Part shown: positions 59,654 to 64,000 of the stretch, in pieces
Layout: each line of letters opens with the position of its first letter
Numbering within the stretch: position 1 is the stretch's first letter
NCBI GenBank assembly: GCA_963800645.1
Contig: CAWDBX010000004.1
Span: forward strand, 20,422-84,421
Reading direction: 5' to 3'
DNA: 64,000 nt
From: an uncultured Bacteroidales bacterium
Lineage (GTDB): Bacteria; Bacteroidota; Bacteroidia; Bacteroidales; UBA10428
The notes under the pieces: generated by a model
The model's database searches: none
Told to the model about the DNA's origin: nothing
What the model saw: only the letters and a program-made list of their open reading frames with translations
Translations under genes and position numbers: made by a program

Positions 59654-60088
59654 ATGTTATCCAATACCAGCAAATACGCCATCCGTGCGATGATTTACCT
59701 GGCTTTGAACGCCGATAAGGAAATCAAGACCGGTATTAAGAAAATTTCAGGTGACTTAGGTATTCCATCGCCATTTCTTGCAAAAATTTTACAGGTATTG
59801 GCGAAGCATAAGTTGCTTTCCTCCACGAAAGGACCTAACGGGGGATTCGGACTGGGAAAGGATCCACGGAAGATTACCCTGTATGAAATAGTTACCATTA
59901 TTGATGGCAATGACATCTTTGACAAGTGCCTGATTTCATTGCGTTCCTGTCATGAGGAAAATATTCCGTGTCCTTTGCATGACCAATATGAACCCTTGCG
60001 GCTGGAAACGAAAAAGCTATTCCAGCAGCAGGATATCGGGAGCCTCGCCGTGGATATTAAGAGTCAGGACCGGATTTTCGCGTTGTAA
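59654..60088 (+). CDS. Rrf2 family transcriptional regulator (three-Cys cluster candidate)
   Basis: Intact 144-aa ORF with SNTSKYAIRAMIYLA, the HTH ISGDLGIPSPFLAKILQVLAKHKLLSSTKGPNGGF and C-x6-C-x6-C-x2-H (CLISLRSCHEENIPCPLH). Confidence 0.85.
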   Translation: MLSNTSKYAIRAMIYLALNADKEIKTGIKKISGDLGIPSPFLAKILQVLAKHKLLSSTKGPNGGFGLGKDPRKITLYEIVTIIDGNDIFDKCLISLRSCHEENIPCPLHDQYEPLRLETKKLFQQQDIGSLAVDIKSQDRIFAL

Positions 60089-60450
60089 GTTTGACGGCAA
60101 TGATTCCCATGGCCGATCCGGTCACATCAAAAAGGAGATCATATACATTGGCCGTACGATTCAAAGAAACCAGCATAGTACTGAAGCAGTTCGGTGGATA
60201 TCCCCAGCAGAACGCTGATGGAAATGGCAATTATCAGCTGTGTATACCGGGTAGCGGTACCTGAATGGTGTCTTACGAGGTCTTTCAGCAAAAATGCAGA
60301 AAAAGCAAAAAACATGATCAAATGGGCCAGGAGATCCGAGAAATTTACCTGCAGAACGTCAAATCGCTGCAGTTCTGTTGAAGGGATCAGGCATAAGAAC
60401 AGGATGACCAGGCAGATGGTGATCGGTTTCCAGAATCGAATAAACAGCAT
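60057..60450 (-). pseudogene. VanZ-like small membrane protein; one frame break near 60139-60150, 3' end uncertain
   Basis: ORF 60139-60450 encodes 3 TM helices (ITICLVILFLCLIP, LAHLIMFFAFSAFLL, LIIAISISVLLGISTELLQ). An adjacent frame continues RTANVYDLLFDVTGSAMGIIAVKL, the usual VanZ C-terminal helix. Confidence 0.5.
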
Positions 60451-60467
60451 GGGAAATTAAGGTTTTA

Positions 60468-62415
60468 TCAGTTTGGAGTAACAATAATTCTGTCGCCCAG
60501 TCCTTTTGATAAGCTGATCTTTAGATTATTCAGAACGATAAATTTCACCTGCAATATCTGCATTCGGTCTTCATTGTTTTGTTCCTGTGCATGACGAAGT
60601 TCTGTTTCAGTTTCTTTGATGAGCCGGAGGACCTTTTCATTCTTAAAAGCAAGAATAGCTTCCGGGACAATTTCTTTCAGCCGCATTTCCTCCGTTTCAA
60701 AATAATTTTCACGTCGTTTCCAGATTTTGCTTAAATCGTGTGCCGATGTAATGAGGTCCACCACGGTCTGTGCGAGCGATTCATCGGCATGCTTGATAAA
60801 ATGCTGTTCAGTAACCGTTCCGATTTCTTTTCGAAATGTTACGATATCATGGTATATGCGGTTATAAACCGGGTGGTGAAATTCGAGTTCATCCTGCTCT
60901 ATCTCGTGAACAATATAGTCGGCCACCGAAATTTCGTGTTCTTCTGCCTTTTCCGAGGACAAAGTAAAATGCTGATCGGGATATAATAGCAATAATCTGA
61001 GAACCTCCTTTTCCGCGGTATATTTATCGGGAACAGCATCGTACCTGGGTGACGGCAAAGTTTCTGCACCGGTATTGAATTCCCTTGTTTCAGCCTGTTT
61101 AACCTTCTGGTCGAATTTGTTCCTGCGGAATCGGGCCGTTTCGGCGTACAGCAGTTTTTCATCCACATCCAGCAACCTGCTGCATTCGCGGATATACACC
61201 GACCGTATAATACTTTCGGGGATGACAGAAATGGTCCTTACAATATCCGTAATCAGCGTGGCTTTTTTAAGGGGATCCTTCTGGGAATCGCTCTTCAGCA
61301 GGTTTGTTTTGAAGGAAATAAAATCAGTTTCATTGGCCTGGATATATCCTGCAAAAGCATTGGAATTGTTCTTGCGGGCAAAGGAATCAGGATCCTCGCC
61401 CAAAGGAAGAGGTACTACCCTGACATGAAGACCTTCTTCCAGCAGCAGGTCGATTCCGCGCACTGATGCCTTTATCCCGGCCTCATCACCATCATACAGA
61501 ATGGTAATATTATGGGTAAACCTTTTAATAAGTCTGATCTGATTCAGGGTAAGAGAGGTTCCGGAGGAAGCCACTACATTTTCGATGCCAGCCTGGTGCA
61601 TGGAAATGACATCGGTATAACCCTCCACCAGATAGCACTTATCATTTTTCAATACAGCCTGCCGGGCAAAGAAAAGACCATACAGGACATCGCTTTTATG
61701 ATATATTTCTGATTCCGGGGAATTTATGTATTTGGCTACCTTATCATCCGTGCGCATCACGCGGCCGCCGAAGCCCAAAATCTGTCCGCTCAGTCCGTGA
61801 ATGGGAAAAATTATCCGGCCATGAAAGCGATCATACGTGTAATTCTCCCGCTGAAAAGTCAGACCGGTTTTTACCAGGTAATCGAGTTTATAGGCCTTGT
61901 CAACAGCTGTTTTTGTAAAGGCATTTTTATCCTCCCGCGCATACCCCAGCTGGAATTTGCGGATCGTATCCTCCCGGAAACCTCTTTCGATAAAATAACT
62001 CATCCCGATGGCCTTTCCTTCAGGACTGTGCAAAACTATCCATAAAGTACTGACAGGCAAATTGATTCACGGAAAGCAGGCTCTCACGTTCGTTTTTTAT
62101 TTCTTTTTCCTGTGCAGACTCTTCTTTTTCAATGATTTCAATGTTGTATTTTTTGGCCAGGTATTGCAGCGCTTCCGGGTAGGATAATTTTTCATTTTCC
62201 ATCAGAAAGGTTACCACATTGCCTCCCTTGCCTGTGCTGAAGCATTTAAAAATACCCTTGGAGGGACTTACAAAGAAAGAAGGGGTCTTTTCGTTTTTGA
62301 ACGGACTAAGGCCGCGGAAATTCTGTCCGGCTTTTTTCAGGCTGACAAATTCTCCGATAACTTCCACAATATCCGCAGCGGCAAAAATCCTGTCAATAGT
62401 GGCCTTATCAATCAT
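60468..62415 (-). pseudogene. dnaG: DNA primase DnaG; one frame break around 62020-62060
   Basis: ORF 62020-62415 is the zinc-binding-domain homologue (NEKTPSFFVSPSKGIFKCFSTGKGGNVVTFLME). ORF 60468-62060 carries the RNA polymerase/TOPRIM core (RIIFPIHGLSGQILGFGGR, YLVEGYTDVISMHQAGIENVVASSGTSLT, ILYDGDEAGIKA). Confidence 0.9.
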
Positions 62416-62516
62416 AGTAAAGTTGTGGTGTCATAATTCTTTTTCAAAGTTGCAAAATTAAAACAGTAAAACACTGCAATGCATAAAAAGAGTCAGGATG
62501 TATTTTCAGGAACGGA

Positions 62517-63116
62517 TCAGCGGATATTCTCCGGCGCGATGAGTTTATGAATTACTGCATAAACAGTAAGGCCGGCAATGGTTTTAATGCCAAGTTTGGA
62601 AGTTATGTTTTTGCGATGCGTGATGACGGTATGTGAACTAATATAAAGCTTTTCCGCAATTTCCTTATTGGTCATTCCCAGGGCTACAAGCCGCAGAACC
62701 TCCTTCTCCCGGTCACTGATCTCTCCGGCCTGATTCAATCCGGAATCTGATTTGGAAAGGGTCAGAACCTGTTTCTCCAGCTTCCTGAAAATGGTTCTTT
62801 CATTATCTTCCTTTTCGATAGTTTCATCAAAACCATGAAGGGGTTTGTTCCTGATTTCTTCATCACGAATTAGAATTCGCGAGGTATGCCTGCTTTTTAA
62901 CAAAACAGTTCGCACCACGTCCGGGGAACAGGAATTTATAAAAGAACTGCTGATGATGATGAGGTTTTTATGGTCTTTATGTATGGCGCCGGCCAGTTTT
63001 CCGGTATGGATGACTTCGCGGATGGCCACAGGGTAGCCCATGTGCTTCATGAGCCCAATAATGCCCAGTCGGGTTAACTGGGATATTTCCGCTATAATGA
63101 CCTGTAGGGTTTCCAT
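62517..63116 (-). CDS. LuxR-family DNA-binding regulator with degenerate (non-phosphorylatable) receiver-like N-domain
   Basis: ORF 62517-63149, with the likely start at METLQV (63116). The C-terminal HTH is SDREKEVLRLVALGMTNKEIAEKLYISSHTVITHRKNITSKLG. The N-domain has AE where receivers have DD (VIIAEIS) and Ser where the phospho-Asp sits (NLIIISSSF). Confidence 0.75.
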   Translation of the reverse strand: METLQVIIAEISQLTRLGIIGLMKHMGYPVAIREVIHTGKLAGAIHKDHKNLIIISSSFINSCSPDVVRTVLLKSRHTSRILIRDEEIRNKPLHGFDETIEKEDNERTIFRKLEKQVLTLSKSDSGLNQAGEISDREKEVLRLVALGMTNKEIAEKLYISSHTVITHRKNITSKLGIKTIAGLTVYAVIHKLIAPENIR

Positions 63117-63121
63117 AGAAC

Positions 63122-63857
63122 TCAGACGGCGAAATGGTCCAGAATCCATTTTTCCATAAATTTTACCTTCGGCACCAAAACTTTATCCTCAATTCTGGCA
63201 TGATCATTTAGATCGGATTCAAGTTTGAACAGTTCAACCAGAATGGCATGACACAGCTGGTAATCAACAGGTAACGGAAGGTATTTGATCAGGATGTTTT
63301 TCAGATCGAAAAGTTTGTCTTCCACATTGTCGTGATCCGCTTCAAAATCATCGATGGAATAATCGCGTATACGGTTGATTATTTCGAGTGAGGGATTTTT
63401 TGCCAGAAACCTATTCAACAGAAAATACATAGGGGTAAACCTTCTCTTCCTCATGGCGGATATGGTCCGTCAGTTCATTTTTATATTCCGTGAAGAACTT
63501 GTCAATTAACAGGAATACTTCAAGACCGCTGTTCCGGTAAGATCCGGATAGTTGAAGCAATAATTCTTCGATGAGGGGTATCTTCGTGTGAAGGTAGTAA
63601 TCATGTGATTTCTGCAGGTATTCCACAATTAATTTCAGTGAAAAGCCCTGCAAATGCTTTTTGGGAAAATAGTCCCTGTTATGGTAGGAATTTAAGATTT
63701 CAAGGAAGAAATCAACATCGATGGCGTGTTCCCTGCATACCTGCTCAATGGTTTTGTCCCCAAAGCCCAGATGAATTCCAAAACGTGAAATAATCTGCAG
63801 CAATTGGTAATTCAGGTGAATTACCTCAGCCATTTTCATCGTGCCCTGTATCAGCAT
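63122..63857 (-). pseudogene. hemerythrin-like / RIC (ScdA/YtfE)-like di-iron protein; one frame break around 63411-63454
   Basis: ORF 63411-63857 has a ScdA_N-like N-terminus (MAEVIHLNYQLLQIISRFGIHLGFGDKTIEQVCREHAIDVDFFLEILN) and HIRHEEEKVYPY. ORF 63122-63454 has DHDNVEDKLF and DHARIEDKVLVP (H/E metal-ligand helices). Confidence 0.65.
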
Positions 63858-63881
63858 AAGCAGTTAAGATTAGGAATTTGG

Positions 63882-64000
63882 CTAGAAGTGAATCAGTGAC
63901 ATAACATCAAAAGGCGGAGAAAGTTTTTGCCGGCCCTTCAGGAAATCCAGTTCCACGATAAAGCTTACATAGATCTGCTGAATTCGGAAACGGCTGATCA
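63882..64000 (-). CDS. 3' end of an unidentified ORF running off the window end
   Basis: The minus-strand frame reads ISRFRIQQIYVSFIVELDFLKGRQKLSPPFDVMSLIHF-stop (stop at 63882-63884), 24 nt upstream of the hemerythrin-like gene. It is too short to assign. Confidence 0.3.
   Translation of the reverse strand, partial: ISRFRIQQIYVSFIVELDFLKGRQKLSPPFDVMSLIHF

Noticed and set aside
1-64000. Interpretation of the broken genes as genuine pseudogenes (genome decay, as in an endosymbiont)
   Set aside because: The breaks are pure +/-1 indels at mononucleotide runs, with no accompanying nonsense codons, deletions or sequence degradation. Indispensable genes are affected. There are no IS elements. Neighbouring long genes are perfectly intact. 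I cannot exclude it without reads, so the loci are typed as pseudogene 'as assembled'.
1-64000. Alternative genetic code or stop-codon reassignment as the cause of the short ORFs
   Set aside because: Protein continuity resumes in a different reading frame, not after an in-frame stop. Intact genes end normally, with TAA, TGA and TAG all seen as stops.
1-64000. CRISPR arrays, tRNA, rRNA or tmRNA genes, transposases, integrases, prophage or defence-island content
   Set aside because: Essentially every stretch over 150 bp is accounted for by a recognisable CDS. I saw no direct-repeat/spacer periodicity, no tRNA T-loop-type sequences in intergenic DNA, and no recombinase-like translations.

Overview
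This window looks like a chromosomal, mostly housekeeping segment of a Bacteroidota genome. Supporting signs are a T9SS C-terminal sorting domain on a PorZ-like protein, a DUF2723/TMEM260-like membrane protein, DUF3098 and DUF5106 genes, and TAnnTTTG -7 promoter boxes 15-45 nt upstream of several start codons. I recognise about 50 protein-coding genes: argG, argR, carB, corA, recO, rdgB, ilvE, ftsX, truB, queA, mpg, pbpC, yciH, carA, rsgA, polA, uvrC, mnmG, ybeY, dut, pheS, ruvB, nadA, rpiB, dnaG, two polyprenyl synthases, a thioester-type alpha-2-macroglobulin, a hybrid histidine kinase and others. I found no tRNA, rRNA, CRISPR array, transposase, integrase or phage genes. The most striking property is technical. 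About 20 otherwise well-conserved genes, including essential ones, are split only by +/-1 frame changes at short mononucleotide runs. These breaks fall in three dense patches (about 1-4.9 kb, 24.2-33.6 kb and 45.1-47.2 kb), separated by long error-free stretches. I read them as assembly or consensus indels, not real pseudogenes, and have annotated full-length loci across the breaks. I did not find a convincing new multi-gene system. The items most worth a second look are a DnaG primase lacking 3 of its 4 zinc ligands, a hemerythrin/RIC-like gene coupled to a LuxR regulator with a non-phosphorylatable receiver, and an alpha-2-macroglobulin unlinked from pbpC and preceded by an Fe-S-type U32 gene. 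Also of interest are a surface-lipoprotein candidate with a YfaP/DUF2135-like domain, an orphan 236-aa protein behind the hybrid kinase, and a 453-bp AT-rich intergenic region with flanking imperfect inverted repeats. All homology calls come from reading the translations by eye. No database search was run.
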